Of a stretch of DNA of 64,000 nucleotides, positions 51,259 to 59,650 are shown one piece after another. This DNA comes from Gaiellaceae bacterium (GTDB taxonomy: Bacteria; Actinomycetota; Thermoleophilia; Gaiellales; Gaiellaceae). A program made the translations under genes and the position numbers. Location: positions 19,888-83,887 of the forward strand of contig JBEKLL010000003.1 of the NCBI GenBank assembly GCA_050010215.1, in the 5' to 3' direction. How positions within the stretch are numbered: position 1 is the first letter of the stretch; each line of letters begins with the position of its first letter. Under the pieces are notes generated by a model, which did not search any database, was not told the DNA's origin, and worked only from the letters and a program-made list of their open reading frames with translations.

Positions 51259-54060
51259 ATGGCTGTAGGCGCGACAGCGCTGATCTACCGGCTGGCGGCG
51301 CTACCCGGCGCCGCGGTGTTCGGCAGCGTTCTCGAAGATGTTGCGGTCGTCCTTGCCGCTGTCCTCATCGCCCATCTCTTGCTCGACCTCTTCGTTCTTC
51401 GCCGCCGCCGCGCCAGGCGAGAGCTGAGGAGACGTGAGCAGAACATGGCAGCCGTTGCCGAGCTTTCGGCGGCACTCGCTCGAGCCGAGAGTAACGAGGA
51501 GATTGCGCGCATCGTTCTCGACACGCTCAACGATCTGACGGGTTTCGAGTATTCCGGGCTGATGCTTATCGACGAGGAGAGCGGCGTTGCGCGAGGGCTC
51601 GCCGCGCGCACCGGCGGCGAGGACGTGGACTGGTATCCATCGGCCCGTCTCGATCTCAAACACGAGGCCTCGGGCGCCAGACGTGTTTACGAGACACGTC
51701 AGCACTTCGTCGTCACGGACATGCTTTCCTCAGCGGATGTGAATTCTCAGATGGCGCGGAGGATGGGACTGAAGAGCGCCGTCTTCCTGCCACTCGAGAG
51801 TGAGCGCGGGATCGTCGGCCTGGTAGTCGCCGGCTCGACGAGCCGGATTCGCCGCTTCGAGCCCGAGCAGCTCTCGCTGGCCAGGATGCTCGCCGGCGAA
51901 AGCAGCCTCGCGTTCGAGCGAGCTCGCTCGGTCTTGGCCCTGGCGCAGGCGCTGGAGCGTGAGCGTCTGGTGGCGCAGATCTCGAGGCAAGCTCGCTCCG
52001 AGCTCGACGTCGACGGAGTGATCGAGGTCGCGCTGGCCGAGACGGCGAAAGCCTTGGGTGTCTCGCGCTGTTTCCTCCGCCTGGGCGAGCCGAGCGCCGC
52101 GACGCCGCTACGAGCCGAGTGGCACCAAGAGGGGCTCGCGCCCGTTCCCGCCGACGTGACGCCGTTTCTCTCGGTCTCGAACCTGGCTCTGCGCACGCTC
52201 CGAACGGTCGCGGTCGCCGACGTCGAGAAGGATCCCGAACTGGAGGACGAGTCGCTGGGAGGACGCGAAGTGCTGCTCGAGCTCGGGAGCCGGGCGGTCC
52301 TGGCCACGCCCATCGTTCTCTTCGACAAGGTGATCGGCTCCCTTGGCGTGCACGCGTCACAGCCAAGACGCTGGTCGGACGGGGACATCGCCTTCACCGA
52401 GGCGATCGCGCGCGAGCTGGGCATCGCTCTCCACACCGCCGGCCTGCTCGAGGAGAACGAGCAACGGCTCGAGCAGCAGGAGCAGCTGCTGACTGCGGCA
52501 GAGACGATGACGGGAGAGCTCGAGCTCGACACGGTGCTCGCGCAGAGACTAGCCAGCGGCCGCGCCGGCTTGATCAGCGCTCTCGGCTCGCAGGACGTGG
52601 TGGCCGAGACAGTCCGTCAGGCGGTCACTTTGCTCGATGCCGACGCGGCGCTCTTACTCGAGCTCGAGGGGAGTGAGCTGGTCGCCCGCGAGGGCGCCGG
52701 CGAAGGCATCGAATCGATGCTCGGCCGGCACTTTCCGGCGGCGATCTCACTGGCCGGCGACATCGTTCATTCGCGTCGGCCGCTGGCCATCAACGACCTG
52801 ACACGCGAGTGGGAGCGTGTGGAGCAACTCGATCCGATCGTCGCGCCCGGCTTTCAGGCGCTGGCCGGTGTTCCTCTCATCGGCCCGGGTGATGCAAGCG
52901 ATGGCGTGCTGCTCGTCTACTCGCGTCAGCCTAGAGCCTGGCGCGTCAGGGAAATCGAGGCGCTGGAAGCACTGGCGGCGAACACGGTCGCTGCTCTGGC
53001 CAACGCGGAGCTTTACCTGGGCGTCTCGCTTGAACGGGAACGAAGCTTCGCGATTCTCGCCAGCGTTGCCGACGGTATCGTCGCGGTCGATCGCGAGGGC
53101 AAGATCGTGCTCTGGAATGCAGCGGTCGAGAGGATCACCGGTCTTGGTGGTGGCGAGGTGTTGGGGCGAACGATCGCCGAGGCGCTACAGGTCGAGCTCG
53201 ACTGGGGAGGGGAGACGGGAGAGCGACCGATCTCGATCAAGCGTGGCGGTAGTGAGCTCTGGCTGCTGGTGACCGAGGCGATCATGCGCGATCCCTCCGA
53301 GCAGGTTGCCGGCAAGATCTACACGCTTCGCGATGTCTCCGCCGATCGCCTTATCGAGCAGGCGAAATCCGACTTCGTCTCGTCGGTATCGCACGAGCTG
53401 CGAGCGCCGCTCACCTCGATCTACGGTTTTGCCGAGACGCTTCTGCGTCGCGGAGAGCTCTTCGACGAGGCGCAGAGGCATACGTTCCTCTCCTATATCG
53501 CCTCCGAGTCCGAGCGCCTGACCGGGATCGTCGATGCTCTGCTCGACGTCGCCGAGCTAGATTCGGGCGACTTGCGGGTCGATCTGGAGAAGACTGACGT
53601 CGGTCACGTCGTGCGCGAGGTTGTCGAGAGCGCGAGTCTGGGCGAAGGTGGCAGCAACGGCCACGATTTCGTGATCGATCTCCCAGAAGAGCCGCTCGGC
53701 GCCGAGGCCGACCGCGACAAGCTCCGCCGCGTGCTGACCAACCTGGTCGACAACGCGATCAGGTTCTCGCCCGCTGGCGGCACCGTCACCGTGGCCGGGC
53801 AGAAGCACGCGGGTGTCGTCGAGCTACGCGTCGCGGACGAGGGGGTCGGGATTCCCGAGCAGGAGAAGGAACGCATCTTCCGCAAGTTCTACCGGGGCTC
53901 TTCCTCGGTTATGAGCGGCGGTACAGGGTTGGGACTGTTTATTACGCGCGGCCTCGTAATGGCTATGGGCGGACGTATCTGGGTGGATTCGGTCGAGGGC
54001 GAGGGCTCGACCTTCGTCTTCGAGCTGCCGGCCGGCGACTATTTGGAGCAGCAGGAGTAA
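51259..54060 (+). CDS. multi-GAF / PAS sensor histidine kinase
   Basis: N-terminal TM segments and several GAF-like blocks. PAS (GIVAVDREGKIVLWN). H-box SHELRAPLTSI. N, G1 (DEGVGI) and G2 (GGTGLGL) boxes. Confidence 0.85.
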   Translation: MAVGATALIYRLAALPGAAVFGSVLEDVAVVLAAVLIAHLLLDLFVLRRRRARRELRRREQNMAAVAELSAALARAESNEEIARIVLDTLNDLTGFEYSGLMLIDEESGVARGLAARTGGEDVDWYPSARLDLKHEASGARRVYETRQHFVVTDMLSSADVNSQMARRMGLKSAVFLPLESERGIVGLVVAGSTSRIRRFEPEQLSLARMLAGESSLAFERARSVLALAQALERERLVAQISRQARSELDVDGVIEVALAETAKALGVSRCFLRLGEPSAATPLRAEWHQEGLAPVPADVTPFLSVSNLALRTLRTVAVADVEKDPELEDESLGGREVLLELGSRAVLATPIVLFDKVIGSLGVHASQPRRWSDGDIAFTEAIARELGIALHTAGLLEENEQRLEQQEQLLTAAETMTGELELDTVLAQRLASGRAGLISALGSQDVVAETVRQAVTLLDADAALLLELEGSELVAREGAGEGIESMLGRHFPAAISLAGDIVHSRRPLAINDLTREWERVEQLDPIVAPGFQALAGVPLIGPGDASDGVLLVYSRQPRAWRVREIEALEALAANTVAALANAELYLGVSLERERSFAILASVADGIVAVDREGKIVLWNAAVERITGLGGGEVLGRTIAEALQVELDWGGETGERPISIKRGGSELWLLVTEAIMRDPSEQVAGKIYTLRDVSADRLIEQAKSDFVSSVSHELRAPLTSIYGFAETLLRRGELFDEAQRHTFLSYIASESERLTGIVDALLDVAELDSGDLRVDLEKTDVGHVVREVVESASLGEGGSNGHDFVIDLPEEPLGAEADRDKLRRVLTNLVDNAIRFSPAGGTVTVAGQKHAGVVELRVADEGVGIPEQEKERIFRKFYRGSSSVMSGGTGLGLFITRGLVMAMGGRIWVDSVEGEGSTFVFELPAGDYLEQQE

Positions 54061-54097
54061 GTAACGGGCGGCCTGGGTATAGACAGCGAATAGCTCG

Positions 54098-54532
54098 ATG
54101 ACGCGAGTGCTCATTATCGACGACGAAGCGCCGATCAGGCTGCTTTGCCGTGTCAATCTCGAGGCCGAGGGCATGGAGGTGGTCGAGGCGGCCGACGGAG
54201 CAGCCGGGATCGCGCAGGCGCGCAGCGAGCGCCCGGACGTGGTTCTGCTCGATGTGATGATGCCGCGGCTCGACGGTTGGGAAGTAGCGGATGCCCTGCT
54301 CCGCGACGAGCTCACCAAGGAGATACCGATCATCTTCTTAACTGCTCGAGCCGAGGTGCGGGATCGTGCTCGTGGACTCGATATCGGCGGCGTCGAGTAC
54401 ATCACCAAGCCGTTCAACCCGCTCGAGCTGGCTCCTCTGGTCGAGGATCTCATCGCGAGGATCCAGCGCGACGGGATCGATCTCTTGCGTAGCGAGAAGC
54501 TGGCCGAGCTACGCGCCCTCTCCCGCGAATAG
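54098..54532 (+). CDS. single-domain response regulator (receiver only)
   Basis: IDDE acidic pocket, phospho-acceptor LLDVMMP, conserved T and K (ITKPF). Confidence 0.85.
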   Translation: MTRVLIIDDEAPIRLLCRVNLEAEGMEVVEAADGAAGIAQARSERPDVVLLDVMMPRLDGWEVADALLRDELTKEIPIIFLTARAEVRDRARGLDIGGVEYITKPFNPLELAPLVEDLIARIQRDGIDLLRSEKLAELRALSRE

Positions 54533-54661
54533 TCCCGCCGGTAGAACCGGCGCAGACTTCTCGCGGCGGCGGAGGCAGGCGAATGAGCCGCGCCCGCGTA
54601 GGTCGGTCGGGGCGGCTACCGAATGCAGGGGCGAGCCGCCGGGGGCGTAGACTTCTGACGG

Positions 54662-54735
54662 CGGGACGTGGCGCAGCCTGGTAGCGCGCCTGCTTTGGGA
54701 GCAGGAGGCCCCCGGTTCGAATCCGGGCGTCCCGA
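54662..54735 (+). tRNA. tRNA-Pro (anticodon UGG)
   Basis: Hand-folded cloverleaf: acceptor CGGGACG/CGTCCCG, anticodon loop TTTGGGA, T-arm CCCGG-TTCGAAT-CCGGG. No encoded CCA. Confidence 0.9.
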
Positions 54736-54898
54736 CCTCGCTTACTCGGTCTGCGGCTTCGTGCGGCCAAGCAGGCGGGTCTTCCGGGGCCGCCTGGCAC
54801 CGCTGGCCGCACGTCGCTCTACGGATCTGTGCCGGATGCACTAACCCCTCCGGCGCCGCACGGCCAGCGGTATCCCGAAATAGCGAGAAGCTTTAGTA
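54736..54898 (+). repeat. tRNA-trailer structured repeat (copy at tRNA-Pro)
   Basis: P1 CTCGCTTACTCGG / CCGAAATAGCGAG. Hairpin GCGGCC...GGCCGC. P2 CCGCTGGCCG / CGGCCAGCGG. Core CACTAACCCCTCCGG. Confidence 0.7.
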
Positions 54899-54917
54899 CG
54901 AATCCGGGTGTCCCGAC
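54899..54917 (+). repeat. displaced duplicate of the tRNA-Pro 3' end (att-like direct repeat)
   Basis: CGAATCCGGGTGTCCCGAC versus tRNA 54718-54736 CGAATCCGGGCGTCCCGAC (18/19). Followed by TTTTCTTCGG. Confidence 0.7.
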
Positions 54918-54941
54918 TTTTCTTCGGACGTTCGCTGGCGC

Positions 54942-54966
54942 GGTAGAAACGGTGTTTGACACCGGG
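54942..54966 (-). repeat. partial REP-like copy E
   Basis: Reverse complement CCCCGGTGTCAAACACCGTTTCTACC matches the dyad part of REP copies A-D. Confidence 0.5.
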
Positions 54967-54996
54967 GCCGGACGGTCGTGGGATATCCTGCTCCGG

Positions 54997-55587
54997 ATGG
55001 CTCACGACGACTGGCGAATTCACGTCGAGCTCGCGGGAGAATCCGAGCCGGCCGGTTTTCTCGAGCGCCTCAGAAGCGGTCTCGGCGACGAGGCTGAAGA
55101 GCTTGCGAAGACGCTCGAGGGCGATCGCCTTGCGATTTCCCGTGACGGCAGCGAGCTCTTCGCCTACGCCTCGAGCTATCTCCAGGCCGAAAGCGCGCAC
55201 GCCGTGATCGAGGCCGAGCTCCGGCGCCACGGCTTCGAGGCGAAGGTCAGCCGCGTCGAGCACTGGCTCGAAAGCGAGGAGCGCTGGGACGATGAGCCGA
55301 AAGGCGAGACCTGGGAAGAGGAAGAGGCCGAGCACGGCCGGGCTCCCTGGGAGGTTCGCGTACAGTGCGAATCCCACTCCGCGGCCCGTGACCTGGCGGA
55401 GCGGCTCGAGGGCGAGGGCTACCGGCCGGTCAGGCGCTGGCGCTACCTGATTGTGGGGGCCGACACGCGCGAGGATGCCGAGAAGCTTGCCCGGCGCCTG
55501 CACGGCGATGTCGAGGCGGGCGGCGACGTGGCTTGGGAGGAAGCCGCCGACGCCGGCGTCATCAGTCCCTTTCGGATCTTTGGCTAG
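54997..55587 (+). CDS. hypothetical acidic cytoplasmic protein
   Basis: Start moved to the internal ATG because the 5' 168 nt of the ORF cover repeat sequences. Glu/Asp/Arg-rich, 196 aa. Confidence 0.5.
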   Translation: MAHDDWRIHVELAGESEPAGFLERLRSGLGDEAEELAKTLEGDRLAISRDGSELFAYASSYLQAESAHAVIEAELRRHGFEAKVSRVEHWLESEERWDDEPKGETWEEEEAEHGRAPWEVRVQCESHSAARDLAERLEGEGYRPVRRWRYLIVGADTREDAEKLARRLHGDVEAGGDVAWEEAADAGVISPFRIFG

Positions 55588-55599
55588 CGGATCCCGGCG

Positions 55600-55728
55600 G
55601 GCGAATTCGCGAAGTCACACGGCTCCGTAGAGTGACGTGCCGCCGAGGGCGTCAGGAAGGCCCGCCGGCCTGGCGCACCGGCGAGTAGCAACGGCGAGCG
55701 GGAGGAGCCGGGGTAATAACGAATCGCC
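55600..55728 (-). repeat. partial second (tandem) copy of the tRNA-trailer repeat
   Basis: Reverse complement aligns to the Pro copy through GCCAGGCCGGCGGGCCTTCC...GGCACGTCACTCTACGGAGCCGTG, then truncates. Confidence 0.4.
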
Positions 55729-55878
55729 CTCGCTTCCTCGGGACGCCGCTAAGCGTGCGAGCCCGGAGAGGACAGTGTTTCCACACGAACTCGAAGAGGA
55801 TCGTGCCGCCAGCGGCGCCAGGCGGATCCGGGAGGCCGGGCTCCCCGGCCGCACGGAGCCGCCGACCGAGCAAGCGAG
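55729..55878 (-). repeat. tRNA-trailer structured repeat (copy at tRNA-Gly)
   Basis: P1 CTCGCTTGCTCGG / CCGAGGAAGCGAG. Hairpin GGCCGGG-gag-CCCGGCC. Core CACTGTCCTCTCCGGGCTCGCAC identical to the Arg-UCG copy. Confidence 0.75.
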
Positions 55879-55879
55879 A

Positions 55880-55950
55880 AAGCGGGTGACGGGAATCGAA
55901 CCCGTATAGCCAGCTTGGAAGGCTGGAGCTCTACCGTTGAGCTACACCCG
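55880..55950 (-). tRNA. tRNA-Gly (anticodon UCC)
   Basis: Cloverleaf: GCGGGTG acceptor, anticodon loop CTTCCAA, T-arm ACGGG-TTCGATT-CCCGT. No CCA. Confidence 0.9.
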
Positions 55951-56075
55951 CGGGCACCGGTAGCCTAGCGTCCGGCGATGCCGGGGTGAGCTCCCGGTGT
56001 AATCCCCTTTTCGAGGGGCCTTTTCCTCACTTCGGAGGATTAACAGAGGCCGGAAAAAGGTCGATCCTGCCTTTT

Positions 56076-56621
56076 GTGGTCTTCCGGAAGTCGGGACGAG
56101 TCGTTGCGTGCGCCTTCGGCGTTGTTCTCGTCTGCCTGCTCGCGGCACCGGTTGCCGGTTCGGCGCCGGCAAGTGGCCGAACGGTCTCCGCTACAGCGCT
56201 GAGCAATCAGATCCTGCGCGAGGTGAACCGCGTCCGCGCACAACACGGCCTGCGGCCGCTCGCGGCGTCGCCTCAACTGGCCGGCGCTGCCGCAAGCCAT
56301 TCCCGCTCGATGGCACTGCGCGGATACTTCGCGCACGAGTCGGCTGACGGCTCGGTCTTCTGGCATCGAATCCAGCACTATTACGGCGGGAGCGGATTCC
56401 ACTACTGGGCGGTGGGCGAGAACCTTGTTTGGGCGTCGCCGAGCCTGAGCGCAAAACAAGCGGTACAGATGTGGATCAAGAGTCCTCCGCACCGCGCGAA
56501 CTTGCTGAGTACGCGCTGGCAACAAATCGGCCTGTCGGCAGTGCATTCGCCCAGTGCGTCGGGCACCTATCAGGGTCGTGCAGTAACGATCGTGACGGCC
56601 GATTTCGGCGTTCGTCGCTAG
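56076..56621 (+). CDS. secreted CAP/SCP-domain protein
   Basis: Signal-like N-terminus from GTG 56076. CAP motifs (REVNRVRAQHGLRPL, GENL, SPPHRANLL). Confidence 0.75.
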   Translation: MVFRKSGRVVACAFGVVLVCLLAAPVAGSAPASGRTVSATALSNQILREVNRVRAQHGLRPLAASPQLAGAAASHSRSMALRGYFAHESADGSVFWHRIQHYYGGSGFHYWAVGENLVWASPSLSAKQAVQMWIKSPPHRANLLSTRWQQIGLSAVHSPSASGTYQGRAVTIVTADFGVRR

Positions 56622-56622
56622 C

Positions 56623-56656
56623 AAAGGCCTGATCGATACCGATAGATCGGCCTTTG
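56623..56656 (+). terminator. hairpin immediately after the CAP gene stop
   Basis: AAAGGCCTGATCGAT-accg-ATAGATCGGCCTTT. Confidence 0.4.
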
Positions 56657-57099
56657 AGCCCGCAGACGGCCGTCTCGAGATGGGATCGAGCGGCCCCGAC
56701 CGGTGTGAAGCCGGGAGCGAGTTGGGCGCTCATCGCTACGGAGGAGTGGCCGTCACACATTGCGCTCGACTTTCGCTCCAAAGACGGGATTCGTACTCCA
56801 GGCGTCTAGTCAACGGGCGTTCTCCGTCCTAGCTTCTGAGTATGAGGCTAGAACCGATTCCCCTCGCTCTGGCTGTTCTTTTCGCGCCTAGGGGGAGTCG
56901 TGCGCAGCCAGCACCAGCGCAAGCCTAAGCGTGGGATAGTTGCAAGCGCGAGCTCGAGCGGTTGAGTTCGCGCCTATCCCTGGACCGCCAAGCAACATGC
57001 GCATACCGGCACAGAGAAGGCACATTTGCTGCGCTTTTCCCCGCTACCGTGCGACTACCCCGCGGGCGGGTGGTTTTGGAGGCGGGCGCAGAACGTGGT

Positions 57100-57146
57100 C
57101 AGGAGGCCGTACGTATCGGCCGGGCGGAGTAGCCGACCGAGCGAAG
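57100..57146 (-). repeat. 5' portion of a tRNA-trailer repeat (copy at tRNA-His)
   Basis: In tRNA sense CCTTCGCTCGGTCGGCTACTCCGCCCGGCCG-atacgta-CGGCCTCC, versus the Gly copy TTTCTCGCTTGCTCGGTCGGCGGCTCCGTGCGGCCGGG. Confidence 0.45.
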
Positions 57147-57220
57147 GGTGACCGGTGGGATTCGAACCCACGACCACCGGGACCACAACCCGGGGCTCTA
57201 CCAACTGAGCTACGGCCACC
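57147..57220 (-). tRNA. tRNA-His (anticodon GUG) with encoded G-1
   Basis: Cloverleaf: extra 5' G opposite discriminator C, anticodon loop TTGTGGT, T-arm GTGGG-TTCGAAT-CCCAC. Confidence 0.9.
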
Positions 57221-57339
57221 GCGCGCCAGAAAGTCTAGCGGCGCGGACTGCCGAGCTTTCTCTGGTCGGGGGTCGATCCGTTCTACGGACGGCGAGATCG
57301 CCGAGACCTCGGATTCAGCTGGATAGTGCTTCTCGTAAA

Positions 57340-57906
57340 ATGCCCTCTGAGGCAGCCATGAACCGCGTTACTCCGGACGGCTCGCGAATGGTCGAACTGC
57401 TCGCCGCATCGGGCCCGTTCGAGGCCTATGCCGACCAGCTCATGCTCTTCGGCCAGTTCGTCGGTTCCTGGGATGTGGAGGCCTCGTACTTTGACGAATC
57501 GGGAGCGCTGACACGGACGCGACGAGGAGAGTGGCATTTCGGCTGGGTGCTAGAAGGCAGGGCGATCCAGGACGTGCTTCTCACCCCTCCACTGGCAGAG
57601 CGGGGCAGCCCGGGCGCTCGTTCCGACGAATACGGCACGACAGTACGTTTCTACGACCCGAAAACAGATAGTTGGCAAGTCACCTGGCTGGGACCGGTTT
57701 TCGGACTGAGCGTCAGCCTGATCGCGCGCCGGGTTGGCGAGGAGATCTGGCTGGAAGGAAGGTCACCGGACGGGAATCTCTGCCGCTGGACCTTCTCGGA
57801 GATTCGTCCCGACAGCTTTCGTTGGCGCGGCTTCGACTCGTCGGATGAGGGCAGGTCATGGTTCCTGAGCGAAGAGATGCAGGTTCGCCGAAGAGCCGCC
57901 GTCTGA
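57340..57906 (+). CDS. hypothetical protein
   Basis: The 5' end of ORF 57148-57906 overlaps tRNA-His. Internal ATGs at 57340 and 57358. Globular composition, no family recognised. Confidence 0.5.
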   Translation: MPSEAAMNRVTPDGSRMVELLAASGPFEAYADQLMLFGQFVGSWDVEASYFDESGALTRTRRGEWHFGWVLEGRAIQDVLLTPPLAERGSPGARSDEYGTTVRFYDPKTDSWQVTWLGPVFGLSVSLIARRVGEEIWLEGRSPDGNLCRWTFSEIRPDSFRWRGFDSSDEGRSWFLSEEMQVRRRAAV

Positions 57907-58006
57907 CGTCAGCTCCCGTTTCCGGCCGTTCTAGAGGTCAGGTTCGAATCCCTCCGGTCGGGTGCATCGGAGTGGCAGTTCGACCGAGGCGTTACCCTTG
58001 TCGAGA

Positions 58007-58078
58007 GCGCCTGTAGCTCAGTGGAAGAGCGGCGGCCTTCTAAGCCGCGGGTCGGGGGTTCGAATCCCTCCAGGCGCG
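58007..58078 (+). tRNA. tRNA-Arg (anticodon UCU)
   Basis: Cloverleaf: GCGCCTG/CAGGCGC acceptor, anticodon loop CTTCTAA, T-arm GGGGG-TTCGAAT-CCCTC. Confidence 0.9.
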
Positions 58079-58123
58079 TTCTCGATGCGCTGGTCGCCGG
58101 GGCGCTCCCGGGCCGACCCGGGA

Positions 58124-58150
58124 AATCACTCAGCCGAGTGATTACTTTTT
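58124..58150 (+). terminator. intrinsic terminator after tRNA-Arg(UCU)
   Basis: AATCACTC-agcc-GAGTGATT followed by ACTTTTT. Confidence 0.6.
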
Positions 58151-58203
58151 GGCAAGATCGGGCGATCGTCTGGGATACCGCCGGCCAGCCGCCAGATCCT
58201 CCA

Positions 58204-59253
58204 GTGGAAACCTCGCCGTCTTCCAACCGTTATTACTCTTCCCTTGGGGCTCGATCCGAGCGCTCCGCGGACGTACCGATCGGCGCGACGATCGAGGAGC
58301 GTCGCTCGCGCGCCCGTAGCTCGCACGATTTCCTAACCCGGCCGGGTGCGATCGTCTGGGAAGCCGATCCGCTCGATTTCAGGACGATCTTCGTGAGTCA
58401 CCAGGCCGAAGAGATCCTGGGCTATCCGCTGCAGGCCTGGCTCGATGATGCTTCGTTTCTCGAGCGCAGGCTCGATCCGGCGCGCAGCGAGGAAACGATG
58501 GCGCAGCTCCGCCGGGCTGTCGACGAAGGCGGTGACCACGTCTTCCCGTTACGCATGGTCGCAAGCGATGGAAACCCGGTCTTGTTGCGCGTTTTCCTGC
58601 ACTCGGAGTGCGACTGGCAGGGCCGGCCCCGGAGTCTCCACGGCGTGATGATCGACGCCAGCTCTCAACGTCTGGAATCGCAGCCGATCGTTATCCAACG
58701 GTCGTGTCTAGACACTCCCTCGAGCGAGACTCCGGTGTCTCCTTCCTCCAGCCGCGGCGGTCTCCCCCTTTCGCCGCGGCTGGAGGTGCCGGCAGAAGAG
58801 GGCGTCGATCTGAATCGACTCGTGCGCTCGCTCGAGCCCTCGCTCCGTCTCGAGCTTGGGCGTGCCGTCATATTGCGGCTCTCGCTCGAGGCCGACAAGG
58901 CTGTCGTCCCCATCATGCCGAGCTCGCTGGAGCGGGTGCTCCTTTGCCTTGCTCGCTACGCTCGCCGCTCGCTGCTTCAAGGCGGCGAGCTGGCGATCGA
59001 GACCTCGCTCGAAGAGAACGCGGACGGCTCGCGCTCGCTACTTCTGAGCTGTGCGGATACGGGCTTCGGGCTCGACGCGGTGCGCCGAGCCAGCGTCTTT
59101 GCCACACTCTTCGCCGGCCGATCGACCGAGCAGGAGGCGCAGGGTCTGCTCAGAGCGGTCGAGGAGATCATCGGTAACGCGGGCGGCTCGCTTTCGATCC
59201 ACGACGAGCCGTTTGGCGGCACACGTTTCGAGATCGTCTTCCCCGTTTCCTGA
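58204..59253 (+). CDS. PAS domain plus HATPase_c-like protein lacking a recognisable H-box (possibly 5'-truncated)
   Basis: PAS-like region (IVWEADPLDFRTIFVSHQAEEILGYP). C-terminal ATPase-like G-boxes (DTGFGL; GGTRFEIVFP). No ATG and only weak GTG candidates. The ORF's annotated 5' end lies inside the tRNA. Confidence 0.45.
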   Translation: METSPSSNRYYSSLGARSERSADVPIGATIEERRSRARSSHDFLTRPGAIVWEADPLDFRTIFVSHQAEEILGYPLQAWLDDASFLERRLDPARSEETMAQLRRAVDEGGDHVFPLRMVASDGNPVLLRVFLHSECDWQGRPRSLHGVMIDASSQRLESQPIVIQRSCLDTPSSETPVSPSSSRGGLPLSPRLEVPAEEGVDLNRLVRSLEPSLRLELGRAVILRLSLEADKAVVPIMPSSLERVLLCLARYARRSLLQGGELAIETSLEENADGSRSLLLSCADTGFGLDAVRRASVFATLFAGRSTEQEAQGLLRAVEEIIGNAGGSLSIHDEPFGGTRFEIVFPVS

Positions 59254-59311
59254 GCGGCGATCGAAGCTGTCTGCGAGCGCTGCACGCGACTCCGTCTATC
59301 CTTCGAGAGCC

Positions 59312-59396
59312 GCGGGCGTGGCGGAACTGGTAGACGCGACGGGTTTAGGTCCCGTTGGGCCGAGTGCCTGTGGAGGTTCGAGTCCTCTCGCCCGCA
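59312..59396 (+). tRNA. tRNA-Leu (anticodon UAG)
   Basis: Type II tRNA with long variable arm. Anticodon loop TTTAGGT. Acceptor GCGGGCG/CGCCCGC. Confidence 0.9.
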
Positions 59397-59553
59397 TCCT
59401 CGGCGCACTGACCGTGGGTCGGCTTTGTGGCCGACCCGCTGACGGTTCTGGACTGCAGGATGCTGCGCATGCCTCGCTTGTCCGTACCGGGCGTACTGTC
59501 CTGCGCTCGGCATCCTTGCCTCCTTTGCCAGAACCGTCTCAGTGCGCCGAGGA
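59397..59553 (+). repeat. tRNA-trailer structured repeat (divergent copy at tRNA-Leu)
   Basis: P1 TCCTCGGCGCACTGA / TCAGTGCGCCGAGGA (15 bp). Hairpin GGGTCGGC-tttgtg-GCCGACCC. P2 GACGGTTCTGG / CCAGAACCGTC. Core TACTGTCCTGCGCTCGG. Confidence 0.65.
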
Positions 59554-59650
59554 AGCGCCGCGTTGATGTGAGAATCGAATTAGCGCTGCGCTCTTGCCAC
59601 CTCCTTTGCTAGCGCCGCTCCAGCACGCCGAGAAGCGATTCTGTGAATAT

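Noticed and set aside
54829-54996. N-terminal 56 codons of ORF 54829-55587
   Set aside because: They cover the structured repeat, the duplicated tRNA-Pro 3' fragment and a partial REP copy. The start was moved to ATG 54997.
55600-55880. RNase P RNA, SRP RNA, tmRNA or 6S RNA next to tRNA-Gly
   Set aside because: There is no GAGGAAAGTCCGG (RNase P), no GGAA/AGCA domain-IV motif (SRP) and no tRNA-Ala-like end (tmRNA). The region is explained instead as one full plus one partial copy of the repeat family seen at other tRNAs.
59554-59650. Displaced tRNA-Leu 3' fragment after the Leu-linked repeat (GAGAATCGAATTAGCGC)
   Set aside because: Only a TCGAAT-like hexamer matches, with no extended identity to the tRNA-Leu T-arm or acceptor, so no att-like duplication is claimed here.
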